The notes beneath the pieces were generated by a model. The model worked only from the letters and a program-made list of their open reading frames with translations, was not told the origin of the DNA and did not search any database. Shown one piece after another: positions 1 to 11,009 of a stretch of 47,103 nt of DNA. The DNA comes from Malacoraja senta. Lineage: Eukaryota. The position numbers and the translations under genes are program-made. The stretch's first letter is position 1. Every line of letters starts with the position of its first letter. The stretch spans positions 62,001 to 109,103 of the forward strand of contig JAXLNO010000516.1 of the NCBI GenBank assembly GCA_038087875.1. Direction: 5' to 3'.

Positions 1-277
1 TGCCTTCCTCCGGCCCCAACCCCCATCCCTGCCGTGTGTTTACCATCCCCCCTGACCTCCCCCTCTCAGATACCGAACGGTCTGTCCTCAGCAGAGGCCT
101 CACCTTTGTCCCCCTCCGTCCCCACCTCAATGAGTACCGCGCCCACTGCGATTTGGAGCACTTCTTCCGTCGCCTCCGCCTCACAGCGTTCTTCCATGGG
201 AAGGAGTCCTCGCCCCTATTGATGATCCCTTTTCCTGTCTCCAACTGACCCCATCCTCTTGGACCCCCCCCCCCCTC
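1..277 (+). mobile_element. Penelope-like element, N-terminal ORF fragment (truncated)
   Basis: 36..248 reads FTIPPDLPLSDTERSVLSRGLTFVP...FFRRLRL, resembling the N-terminus of Penelope-type RT ORFs; ends at a poly-C run where a CR1 begins. Confidence 0.65.
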
Positions 278-3110
278 ATGGCCATTGGGATAGTCGAGGA
301 TGGAGTTGAAGGGAAAGAGAGTAAAGGGAGGGTTAATGACCCCAGAATTAACGGGAAAAGAAGCTCACAAAGGGATAGGAGAGTATGGCCAAGTGTAATA
401 GGGATCGATGTGAAAGGTGAGATGCGTAAGGAAGTAAAAGTATTGTATTTGAATGCGCGAAGTATAAGAAGTAAAGTAGATGAGCTTGAGGCTCAGTTTG
501 AGGTTGGTAGATATGACATTGTGGGGATTACTGAGACGTGGCTGCAGGAGGATCGGGCCTGGGAACTTAATATTCAGGGTTATACATCCTATAGAAAGGA
601 CAGGCAGGTGGGCAGAGGAGGGGGGGTAGCTCTGCTGGTGAGGGATGGAATTAAGTCCCTTGCGAGGGAAGACACAGGGACTGACGATGTAGAGTCACTG
701 TGGATTGAGTTGAGGAATTGTAAAGGGAAGAAGACACTAATTGGTGTTATCTACAGACCCCCAAATAGTAGCCCGGATGTAGGGTGTAAGTTGCAGCAGG
801 AGTTAAAACTGGCATGTAACAAAGGTAATGCGACTGTGGTGATGGGGGATTTCAATATGCAGGTAGACTGGGAAAATCAGGTTGGTTCAGGACCCCAAGA
901 AAGAGAGTTTGTAGAATGCCTCCGAGATGGATTCTTAGAGCAGCTTGTAATGGAGCCGACCAGAGAAAAGGCAATTCTGGATTTAGTGTTGTCCAATGAA
1001 CCAGATATGATAAGAGAACTCGAAGTAAAGGAACTGCTTGTCGGTAGTGATCATAATATGATTAGTTTTAATCTGCAATTTGAGAAGGAGAATGTTAAAT
1101 CGGAAGTGTCAGTGATGCAGTTGAACAAAGGGGACTATGAAGGCATGAGAGGGGAGCTGGACAAGGTAGACTGGAAAGGGATCCTGGCAGGAATGATGGT
1201 GGAACAGCAATGGCAGGAATTTCTGGGCATAATCCGGAAGACGCAGGATCATTTCATTCCAAAAAGGAAGAAAGATTCTAAGGGGAGTAGTAGGCAACCG
1301 TGGCTGACAAGAGAAGTTAGGGATAGAATAAAACTAAAAGAAAAGATGTATAACACAGCAAAGAGTAGCCGGAAGGCAGAGGATTGGGAAACTTTCATAG
1401 GACAATAGAAGGAAATAAAACGGGCAATACGGGCTGAAAAGATGAAGTACGAGGGGAAGCTGGCCAGGAATATAAAGAAGGACAGTAAAAGCTTCTTTAG
1501 ATATGTTAAGGGAAAAAGAATAGCAAAGTCAAATGTGGGTCCCTTGAAGGCAGACACGGGTGAAATTATTATGGGCAACAAGGAAATGGCAGAAGAGTTG
1601 AATAGGTACTTCGGATCTGTCTTCACTAAGGAAGACACAAACAATCTCCCAGATGTACTGGAGGACAGAGGATCTAAGGGGGTAGAGGAACAGAAAGAAA
1701 TTGTCATTAGGCGAGAAATAGTATTGGGTAGGCTAATGGGAGTGAAGGATGATAAATCCCCTGGGCCTGATGGTCTGCATCCCAGGATCATCAGGGAGGT
1801 GGCTCTAGAAGTAATGGACGCATTGGTGATCATTTTGCAATGTTCAATAGATTCAGGAACGATTCCTGTCGATTGGAGGATAGATAATGTTATCCCACTT
1901 TTCAAGAAAGGAGCGAGAGAAAGCGGGGAATTACAGACCAGTTAGCCTGACTTCGGTGGTGGGAAAGATGCTGGAGTCAATTATTAAAGAGGTAATAATG
2001 GGGCATTTGGATAGCAGTAAAAGGATTAGTCCAAGTCAGCATGGATTTATGAAAGGGAAATCATGCTTGACTAATCTTCTGGAATTTTTTGAGGATGTGA
2101 CAAGTAAAATGGATGAAGGGGAGCCAGTGGATGTAATGTATCTAGACTTTCAGAAAGCCTTTGATAAGGTCCCACACGGGAGACTGGTGACTAAAATTAG
2201 AGTCCATGATATTGGGGGTAGGGTGTTGACATGGATAGAAAATTGGTTGGCAGACCGTAAGCAAAGAGTAGAAGTGAACGGGTCCTTTTCAGAATGGCAG
2301 GAAGTGGCGAGTGGAGTGCCACAAGGCTCGGTGTTGGGGCCGCAACTGTTTACCATATATATTAATGATTTGGAAGAGGGAATTAGGAGCAACACTAGCA
2401 AGTTTGCAGATCACACAAAGCTGGGTGGCAGTGTGAACTGTGAAGAGGATGTTAGGAGGTTGCAGGGTGACCTGGACAGATTGAGTGAGTGGGCAGATGC
2501 GTGGCAGATGCAGTATAATATAGATAAATGTGAGGTTATCCACTTTGGCGGCAAAAACAAGGGAGCAGATTATTATCTCAATGGGGTTAGGTTAGGTTAG
2601 GTAAGGGGGAGGTACAGCGAGACCTGGGTGTCACTGAAAGTTGGCGTGCAGGTGCAGCAGGCAGTATAGAAAGCTAATGGAATGTTGGCCTTCATAACAA
2701 GAGGATTCAGGAGTAAAGAGGTTCCTCTGCAGTTGTACAGGGCTCTGGTGAGACCACATCTGGAGTATTTTGTCCAGTTTTGGTCTCCTAATTTGAGGAA
2801 GGACATCCTTGTGGTTGAGGCAGTGCAGTGTAGGTTCAGGAGATTGATCCCTGGGATGGCGGGACTGTCATATGAAGAAAGATTGAAAAGACGAGGCTTG
2901 TTTTCACTGGAGTTTGGAAGGATGAGGGGGATCTTATAGATATATATAAAATTATAAAAGGACTGGACAAGCTACATGCAGGGAAAATGTTCCCAATGTT
3001 GGGCGAGTCCAGAACCAGGGGGCCACAGTCTTAGAATAAAGGGGAGGTCATTTAAGACTGAGTTGAGAAAAAACTTTTCCACCCAAAGAGTTATGAATTT
3101 GTGGAATTCC
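278..3110 (+). mobile_element. CR1 LINE, 5'- and 3'-truncated, degenerate ORF2 (APE endonuclease + RT)
   Basis: EN motifs YLNARS, GITETW, MGDFN, SDH; RT motifs YLDFQKAFDKV, GVPQGSVLGP, FADH (mutated FADD); stop at 1406-1408 and frameshifts near 1915 and 2590. Confidence 0.95.
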
Positions 3111-3130
3111 TCTCCTCAGCCTCCTCGCCG

Positions 3131-3184
3131 AAGACTCTCGAGCCAAAGACTCTTGAGCCAAAGACTCTTGAGCCAAAGACTCTC
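3131..3184. repeat. 15-bp tandem repeat, 3.6 copies (AAGACTCTYGAGCCA); possibly part of a minus-strand CR1 5'UTR fragment (3111-3245)
   Basis: Units start at 3131, 3146, 3161 and 3176; the CR1 5'UTR assignment is recollection only. Confidence 0.8.
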
Positions 3185-3365
3185 ACTTTTCTCACAGGGT
3201 ATTTCCCTCACAAGGCCGCTGCCTCACTGCCGCTCCCTAAGAGCCGTCTTGCTTATATTGAGTTATATAAGTTATATAAAGTTATATGGAAGCATACATA
3301 GCAGCAGTCAAGTATTTTACGTAATCATTATAAACATGACCGAGACGCTACATCTTGAAAATATT

Positions 3366-3468
3366 TAGAAACATAGAAACATAGAAAGTAGTTGCAGGAG
3401 TAGGCCATTCGGCCCTTCGAGCCTGCACCGCCATTCAATATGATCATGGCTGATCATTCAACTCAGTA
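3366..3468 (-). mobile_element. CR1 3' terminal fragment
   Basis: Reverse complement of the CR1 3'UTR stem-loop and (TTTCTATG)n tail, matching 10724-10823. Confidence 0.9.
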
Positions 3469-3606
3469 GGCCGGACTAGGCCGTGGGAGGATGGGGAGGG
3501 GATTTGTGAGCCCGTCGACCTGCCTGGAGGTGAGTGTAGGCCGGACTAGGCCATGGGAGGATGAGGAGGGGATTTGTGGGCCCGTCGACCTGCCTGGAGG
3601 TGAGTG
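3467..3606. repeat. 70-bp tandem duplication (2 copies)
   Basis: TAGGCCGGACTAGGCC...GGAGGTGAGTG at 3467 and 3537, 3 substitutions. Confidence 0.9.
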
Positions 3607-3680
3607 TCAAGTCAAGACTTTTTTTTCTATAGTACATTTAAAAACAACTCTTGTTGGCCAAAGTGCTTTATATTGGTGTA
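3607..3680 (-). mobile_element. L2-type 3' end remnant
   Basis: Minus strand reads TAAAGCACTTTG...TACTATAGAAA followed by a CTTGA-type tail, similar to the L2 3' end at 17657-17700. Confidence 0.5.
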
Positions 3681-3684
3681 AAAA

Positions 3685-4725
3685 TAGACACAGAAACATA
3701 GAAAATATGTGCAGGAGTAGGCCATTCGGCCCTTCGAGCCTGCACCGCCATTCAATATGATCATGGCTGATCATCCAACTCAGTATCCTGTACCTGCCTT
3801 CTCTCCATACCCCCTGATACCTTTAGTCACAAGGGCCACATCTAACTCCCTCTTAAATATAACCAATGAACTGGCCTCAACTACCTTCTGTGGCAGAGAA
3901 TTCCACAGATTCACCACTCTCGGTCCTAAAAGATTTCCCCTTTATACTTAAACTGTGACCTCTTGTCCTGGACTTCCCCAACATCGGGAACAATCTTCCT
4001 GCATCTAGCCTGTCCAACCCCTTAAGAATTTTGTAAGTTTCTATAAGATCCTCCCTCAATCTTCTAAATTCTAGCGAGTATAAGCCGAGTCTATCCAGTC
4101 TTTCTTCATATGAAAGTCCTGCCATCCCAGGAATCAGTCTAGTGAACCTTCTCTGTACTCCCTCTATGGCAAGAATGTCTTTCCTCAGATTAGGAGACCA
4201 AAACTATACACAATACTCCAGGTGTGGTCGTGCCAAGGCCCTGTACAACTGCAGCAGAACCTCCCTGCTCCTGCACTCAAATCCTTTTGCTATGAATGCT
4301 AACATACCATTCGCTTCCTTCACTGCCTGCTGCACCTGCATGCCTACTTTCAATGACTGGTGTACCATGACCCCCAGGTCTCATTGCATCTCCCCTTTTC
4401 CTAATCGGCCACCATTCAGATAATAGTCTACTTTCCTGTTCTTGCCACCAAAGTGGATAACCTCACATTTAGCAACATTATACTGCACCTGCCATGCATT
4501 TGCCCACTCACCCAAGGCACCTTGCAGCCTCCTAGCATCCTCCTCACAGCTAACACTGCCCCCCAGCTTCGTGTCATCCGCAAACTTGGAGATGTTGCAT
4601 TCAATTCCCTCGTCCAAATCATTAATATATATTGTAAATAGCTGGGGTCCCAGCACTGAGCCTTGCGGTACCCCACTAGTCACTGCCTGCCATTCTGAAA
4701 AGGACCCGTTTACTCCTACTCTTTG
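3685..4725 (-). mobile_element. CR1 3' fragment (RT C-terminal half + 3'UTR) with small internal deletions
   Basis: GVPQGSVLGP, FADDTKLGG, YEERLDRLGL; very similar to 9750-10800 in reverse; deletions near 3920 and 4513. Confidence 0.95.
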
Positions 4726-5152
4726 ACTTGTCGGCAGAAAAAACAGATCATTTTTCCAAGTCATGGACACCATTCATTGATTTATTACAAGGATAGTATG
4801 GCTCAACACAACTTTGGATTTAAATCTAATTACGGGTTGGGTGAGGTGGGAGGGGAGGGACGAAAGGCAGGTATACCAACACTTTTCTTTCTCTTTTTCT
4901 TTTTGTCCTTTTATTTTTTTCTATTCCTCTCTACTTTCTTTCTTTTATCCACTCTTTGGCTACACTGTGGTAGTCTAGGGGTTCTATCTTTGTACATTTC
5001 ACCTTTTCTCTTTCCTGCTTTTTCTCCTTTCTTCTAATTCAAAGCTAAAAAGTTAAAATTGAACCTGTACCATAACTGTGTTATTTTATAAGCCGTTGGT
5101 TCTATTTTTGTACATTTCCTTCAAATAAATATAAAATAAAAAATTTAAAAAA
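4726..5152 (+). mobile_element. L1/Tx1-type 3' end (ORF2 C-terminus, T-rich 3'UTR, poly-A)
   Basis: Reads FSKSWTPFIDLLQG*, paralleling ISSWSPFVVFL at the end of the L1 near 23770; AATAAA and A-rich tail at 5124-5152. Confidence 0.55.
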
Positions 5153-5344
5153 ACTATTTTACGTAATCAGACATCAGCTTATTTTACTTAAACTCACTTG
5201 ATTGTTAGTCATTTAGCAGCACTTAATTAAATCATTTATCCAGCAAACAAGATACTAAACAAGTTAATTATTTCTACTTTTGCATCTTTGAATCCTTAAT
5301 AAATAAATTTGTATCTTTGTACTCAACCTATAAACTGGTATGTA

Positions 5345-5758
5345 ACATAGAAACATAGAAACATAGAAAATAGGTGCAGGAGTAGGCCATTCGGCCCTTC
5401 GAGCCTGCACCGCCATTCAATATGATCATGGCTGATCATCCAACTCAGTATCCTGTACCTGCCTTCTCTCCATACCCCCTGATCCCTTTAGGTACAAGGG
5501 CCACATCTAACTCCCTCTTAAATATAGCCAATGAACTGGCCTCAACTACCTTCTGTAGCAGAGAATTCCAGAGATTCATCACTCTCTGTGTGAAAAATAT
5601 TTTTCTCATCTCGGTCCTAACAGACTTTCCACTTATCCTTAAACTGTGACCCCTTGTTCTGGACTTCCCCAACATCGGGAACAATCTTCCTGCATCTAGC
5701 CAGTCCAACCCCTTAAGAATTTTGTACGTTTCTATAAGATCCCCCCTCAATCTTCTAT
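5345..5758 (-). mobile_element. CR1 3' fragment
   Basis: ORF 5445..5750 RGDLIETYKILKG...GEKAGTGY*, plus 3' stem-loop and tail. Confidence 0.95.
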
Positions 5759-5777
5759 AATAATAAACATTATAATA

Positions 5778-6110
5778 TGTGTGTAACCTTTAACAGTAGC
5801 TGGAAAATAAGGGTGGCGAAATAGAGTGAGTTAGAGTGACAGCTGGGAGATTAGAGTGATAGTTGGAATTTAATGGTGGCAAAAGAAAGAGAGATATGAG
5901 GAGTGGTGTAAGAATCTAGATAAGTTGGATAAGACTGAAGCAAGGTCAGAAGTTAATGGTGGCGAGACAGAGAATGTCAGAATAGAAGATGGATTGATGC
6001 GAGAGGAGTGCAGGATGCACCGATGTTTGCAAATAAAGGCTTTTCGTCTTCTTGAAGAATTCTCCGTGTCTGTGTCATCTTATCCAACTCTGAATCTTGT
6101 AACCACGACA
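5778..6110 (+). mobile_element. Possible solo/partial LTR
   Basis: Purine-rich body, AATAAA at 6032, pyrimidine-rich U5-like stretch, ends ...GTAACCACGACA; no TSD or matching inverted 5' terminus found. Confidence 0.3.
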
Positions 6111-6111
6111 C

Positions 6112-6352
6112 AGCCGTTGGAGAGGTCGCTGAGGGAGGAGCTACAACCGAGCGGTAGGACTTAAAAAGGAGCGCGGGGGCTTGTTCCTTACAGAGGTCCG
6201 AAAGCCGTTGGAGAGGTCGCTGAGGGAGGAGCTACAACCGAGCGGTAGGACTTAAAAAGGAGCGCGGGGGCTTGTTCCTTACAGAGGTCCGAAAGCCGTT
6301 GGAGAGGTCGCTGAGGGAGGAGCTACAACCGAGCGGTAGGACTTAAAAAGGA
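6112..6352 (+). repeat. 91-bp tandem monomers (2.6 identical copies) at the CR1 5' end
   Basis: AGCCGTTGGAGAGG... starts at 6112, 6203 and 6294. Confidence 0.95.
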
Positions 6353-6466
6353 ACCCAAATCGGCAACGTTCCACTTCAAAAACAAGTGGGTTTGAGGAAG
6401 CCGCTGATTGGTGGACGCAGATAAGAGAGAGCAGCTGATTGGGAGTCAGATCCCTGCTGATTGTAC

Positions 6467-6670
6467 TGTATTGTAGCAGTTTGTTTTGTATTGTAGCAGT
6501 TTGTTTTGTATTGTAGCAGTTTGTTTTGTATTGTAGCAGTTTGTTTTGTATTGTAGCAGTTTGTTTTGTATTGTAGCAGTTTGTTTTGTATTGTAGCAGT
6601 TTGTTTTGTATTGTAGCAGTTTGTTTTGTATTGTAGCAGTTTGTTTTGTATTCTATCAGTTTGTTTTATA
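6467..6670 (+). repeat. 20-bp minisatellite (TGTATTGTAGCAGTTTGTTT), ~10 copies, in the CR1 5'UTR
   Basis: Directly visible perfect 20-nt periodicity. Confidence 0.95.
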
Positions 6671-6692
6671 TTCTATCCAGGGTAAGGGGAGT

Positions 6693-7628
6693 ATGACGGC
6701 CAGGGCAGTTTACTGTTCTGGATGTCAGATGTGGGAAGTCATGGAGTCTGTTAGCCCTCCAGACGTCCACATCTGCGCCAGGTGTATCGAGATGGGGCTC
6801 CTAATGGACCGTATTAGGAACCTGGAGCAGCAGCTCGATGACCTCCGTCTGGTCAGGGAGAGCGAGGAAGTCATTGAGAGGAGTTACAGGGATGTGGTCA
6901 CTCCAACACCACAGGAGGCAGGCAAGTGGATCACGGTTGGGAGAGGCAAGGGGCACAGGCAGGGACTAGAGAGTACCCCGGTGGCTGTACACCTTGACAA
7001 TAAGTACTCCTGTTTGAGCACTGTTGGGGTGGACAGCCTACCTGGGGGTAGCGACAGCGGCCGGGCCTCCGGTATAGAGACCGGTCCTGTTGCTCAGAAG
7101 GGTAAGGAAAAGAAGAGGAGGGCAATATTAATAGGGGACTCTATAGTTAGGGGGTCAGACAGGCGATTCTGTGGACGCAGTCGGGAGACCCGGATGGTAG
7201 TTTGCCTCCCTGGTGCCAGGGTCTGTGATGTGTCCCAACGTGTCCAAGACATCCTGAAAGGGCAGGGAGAGGAGCCCGAGGTCGTGATACATATAGGTAC
7301 CAATGACATAGGTAAAAAAAGAGAAGAGGTCCTGAAAGGAGAATTTAGGGAGTTAGGAGGGGAGTTAAAGAGAAGGACAGCAAAGGTAACAATCTCGGGA
7401 TTACTGCCTGTACCACGCGACAGTGAGAGTAGGAATGGAGCGAGGTGGAGGATAAATGCGTGGCTGAAGGACTGGTGCAGAAGGCAGGGATTCAAATTTC
7501 TGGATCATTGGGACTTCTTTTGTGGAAGGTTCGACCTGTACAAAAAGGATGGGTTGCACTTGAACCTGAGGGGGACCGATATCCTGGCGGGGAGATCTGC
7601 AAAGGCTACTGGGGAGACTTTAAACTAG
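6693..7628 (+). CDS. CR1 ORF1p (311 aa): N-terminal Zn finger, coiled coil, SGNH/GDSL esterase domain
   Basis: ATG at 6693; CSGC...HICARC; LEQQLDDL heptads; SGNH blocks LIGDSIVR, CLPGA, HIGTND, DGLHLN; no disablement. Confidence 0.92.
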   Translation: MTARAVYCSGCQMWEVMESVSPPDVHICARCIEMGLLMDRIRNLEQQLDDLRLVRESEEVIERSYRDVVTPTPQEAGKWITVGRGKGHRQGLESTPVAVHLDNKYSCLSTVGVDSLPGGSDSGRASGIETGPVAQKGKEKKRRAILIGDSIVRGSDRRFCGRSRETRMVVCLPGARVCDVSQRVQDILKGQGEEPEVVIHIGTNDIGKKREEVLKGEFRELGGELKRRTAKVTISGLLPVPRDSESRNGARWRINAWLKDWCRRQGFKFLDHWDFFCGRFDLYKKDGLHLNLRGTDILAGRSAKATGETLN

Positions 7629-10600
7629 AATGGTTGGGGGGAGGGACTCAAATAGAGAATGCGATTAGACAGTGTGTGAGGCAGGAGGCAGAGAAGGAAA
7701 GCACTCAGACCCAACATGTAGGGGGGGAAGAAGAAAACAATAATAAACAGAGAATAAGAGGTGGTGGGGTTCTTAAATGGGTGAGCAGAGAAACAGAGGG
7801 GTGTAAAATGCGGGCGGAAGAAATAGGTAGCAAGGTGAAAGGTAAAAGTGGCAGGCAGACAAATCCAGGACAAAAATCAAAAAGAGCCACTTTTCAACAT
7901 AATTGTATAAGGGGTAAGAGCGTTGTAAAAACAAGTCTGAAGGCTTTGTGTCTCAATGCAAGGAGCATTCGTAATAAGGTGGATGAGTTGAACGTGCAGA
8001 TAGCAATTAATGATTATGATATAGTTGGGATCACGGAGACATGGCTCCAAGGTGACCAAGGCTGGGAGCTGAACATCCAGGGATATTCAATATTCAGGAG
8101 GGATAGAGAGAAAGGAAAAGGAGGTGGGGTGGCGTTGCTGGTTAGAGAGGAGATTAACGCAGTGGAAAGGAAGGACATTAGCTTGGAGGATGTGGAATCG
8201 GTATGGGTAGAGCTACGAAACACTAAGGGGCAGAAAACGCTGGTGGGTGTTGTGTACAGGCCACCTAGCAGTAGTAGTGAAGTTGGGGATGGCATCAAAC
8301 AGGAAATTAGAAATGCGTGCAACAAAGGCAAAACAGTTATAATGGGTGACTTCAATCTACATATAGATTGGGTGAATCAAATTGGCAGGGGTGCTGAGGA
8401 AGAGGATTTCTTGGAATGTATGAGGGATAGTTATCTAAACTAACATGTAGAGGAACCAACGAGAGAGCAGGCTATTCTAGACTGGGTATTGAGTAATGAG
8501 GAAGGGTTAGTTAGCAGACTTGTTGTGCGTGCCCCCTTGGGCAAGAGTGACCATAATATGGTTGAGTTCTTCATTAGGATGGAGAGTGACATTGTTAATT
8601 CAGAAACAACGGTTCTGAACTTAAAGAAAGGTAACTTTGAGGGTATGAGACGTGAATTGGCCAAGATTGACTGGCAATTAGTTCTAAAAGGGTTGACGGT
8701 GGATATGCAATGGAAGGCGTTTAAAGACTGCATGGATGAACTACAAAAAATGTTCATCCCAGTTTGGCAAAAGAATAAATCAGGGAAGGTAGTGCATCCG
8801 TGGATAACAAGGGAAATCAGGGATAGTATCAAAGCAAAAGATGATGCGTACAAATTAGCCAGAAAAAGCTGCATACCAGAGGACTGGGAGAAATTCAGAG
8901 ACCAGCAGAGGAGGACAAAGGGCTTAATTAGGAAAGGGAAAATAGATCATGAAAGGAAACTGGCAGGGAACATAAAAACTGACTGCAAAAGTTTTTATAG
9001 ATATGTGAAGAGAAAGAGATTAGTTAAAACAAATGTAGGTCCCTTGCAGTCAGAAACAGGTGAATTGATCATGGGGAACAACGATATGGAGGACCAATTG
9101 AATAACTACTTTGGTTCCGTCTTCACTAAGGAAGACATAAATAATCTGCCGGAAATAGCAGGGGGCCGCGGGTCAAAGGAGATGGAGGAACTGAGTGAAA
9201 TCCAGGTTAGTCGGGAAGTGGTGTTGGGTAAATTGAATGGATTAAAGGTCGATAAATCACCAGGGCCAGATAGGCTGCATCCCAGAGTACTTAAGGAAGT
9301 AGCTCCAGAAATAGTGGATGCATTAGTGGTAATTTTTCAAAACTCTTTAGATTCTGGAGTAGTTCCTGAGGATTGGAGGGTAGCAAACGTAACCCCACTT
9401 TTTAAGAAGGGAGGGAGAGAGAAAACGGGGAATTACAGACCAGTTAGTCTAACATCGGTAGTGGGGAAACTGCTAGAGTCAGTTATTAAAGATGGGATAG
9501 GAGCACATTTGGAAAGTGGTGAAATCATTGGACAAAGTCAGCATGGATTTACGAAAGGTAAATCGTGTCTGACGAATCTTATAGAATTTTTCGAGGATGT
9601 AACTAGTAGAGTGGATAGGGGAGAACCAGTGGATGTGTTGTATCTGGACTTTCAGAAGGCTTTCGACAAGGTACCACATAAGAGATTAGGATACAAACTT
9701 AAATCACACGGTATTGGGGGTTCAGTATTGATGTGGATAGAGATGTGGGTAGGAGTAAACGGGTCCTTTTCACAATGGCAGGCAGTGACTAGTGGGGTAC
9801 CACAAGGCTCAGTGCTGGGACCCCAGCTATTTACAATTTATATTAATGATCTGGACGAGGGAATTGAAAGCAACATCTCCAAGTTTGCGGATGACACTAA
9901 GCTGGGGGGCAGTGTTAGCTGTGAGGAGGATGCTAGGAGACTGCAAGGTGACTTGGATAGGCTGGGTGAGTGGGCAAATGTTTGGCAGATGCAGTATAAT
10001 GTGGATAAATGTGAGGTTATCCACTTTGGTAGCAAAAACGGGAAGGCAGACTATTATCTAAATGGTGGCCGATTAGGAAATGGGGAGATGCAGCGAGACC
10101 TGGGTGTCATGGTAAACCAGTCATTGAAAGTAGGCATGCAGGTGCAGCAGGCAGTGAAGAAAGCGAATGGTATGTTGGCCTTCATAGCAAGAGGATTTGA
10201 GTATAGGAGCAGTGAGGTTCTACTGCAGTTGTACAGGGTCTTGGTGAGACCACACCTGGAGTATTGCGTACAGTTTTGGTCTCCAAATCTGAGGAAGGAC
10301 ATTATAGCCATAGAGGGAGTGCAGAGAAGGTTCACCAGACTGATTCCTGGGATGTCAGGACTCTCATATGAAGAAAGACTGGATAGACTTGGCTTATACT
10401 CGCTAGAATTTAGGAGATTGAGAGGGGATCTTATAGAAACGTACAAGATTCTTATGGGGTTGGACAGGCTAGATGCAGGAAGATTGTTCCCGATGTTGGG
10501 GAAGTCCAGGACAAGGGGTCACAGCTTAAGGATAAGGGGAAAATCCTTTAAGACCGAGATGAGGAAAAACTTTTTCACACAGAGAGTGGTGAATCTCTGG

Positions 10601-10723
10601 AACTCTCTGCCACAGAGGGTAGTTGAGGCCAGTTCATTGGCTATATTTAAGAGGGAATTAGATGTGGCCCTTGTGGCTAAAGGGATCAGGGGGTATGGAG
10701 AGAAGGCAGGTACGGGATACTGA
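7619..10723 (+). pseudogene. CR1 ORF2p (APE endonuclease + reverse transcriptase) with one premature stop
   Basis: ORFs 7445..8443 and 8489..10723 are in the same frame, separated by TAA 8441-8443 (probably from CAA); CLNARS, GITETW, MGDFN, SDHN, YLDFQKAFD, FADDTK; short in-frame deletion near 9742 (WIEMWVG vs WIENWLADRKQRV in the 278 copy); true start uncertain. Confidence 0.93.
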
Positions 10724-10823
10724 GTTGGATGATCAGCCATGATCGTATTGAATGGCGGTGCAGGCTCGAAGGGCCGAATGGCCTACTCCTGCACCTAATT
10801 TCTATGTATCTATGTATCTATGT
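10724..10823 (+). promoter_or_regulatory. CR1 3'UTR stem-loop and microsatellite tail (RT recognition signal)
   Basis: GTGCAGG...GGCC-GAAT-GGCC...CCTGCAC nested inverted repeats followed by 8-nt repeats. Confidence 0.8.
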
Positions 10824-11009
10824 AAAAGCAGCAGGCCGGCTGTCGGAGCCTTTCTTCTGGCTCCGCGATGCTAAACGTCCGCGCGGGGGAGGGCGAGATG
10901 TGAACAGAAGAAAAGACGCATCTCCATCCAAGTGGGTGACTGTAAACACTTTCCTCCCATTCCCCCTTTTAAGGGTCAACAAACACTCCACATGGACTGC
11001 CAGTACCTA

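Larger units (their letters stand above)
6112..10823 (+). mobile_element. Near-full-length CR1 LINE (repeat-containing 5'UTR, ORF1, ORF2, 3' stem-loop, 8-mer tail)
   Basis: ORF1 6693-7628; ORF2 frame runs to 10723; tail TTTCTATGTATCTATGTATCTATGT; 5' boundary approximate. Confidence 0.95.

Noticed and set aside
6606..6692. Hydrophobic N-terminal extension of CR1 ORF1
   Set aside because: Derives from a TTG start inside the 20-bp minisatellite; ATG 6693 directly precedes the Zn finger
8440..10740. Antisense ORFs over CR1 ORF2 (also seen over other CR1 copies)
   Set aside because: Shadow ORFs of the coding strand; their recurrence only reflects homology among copies
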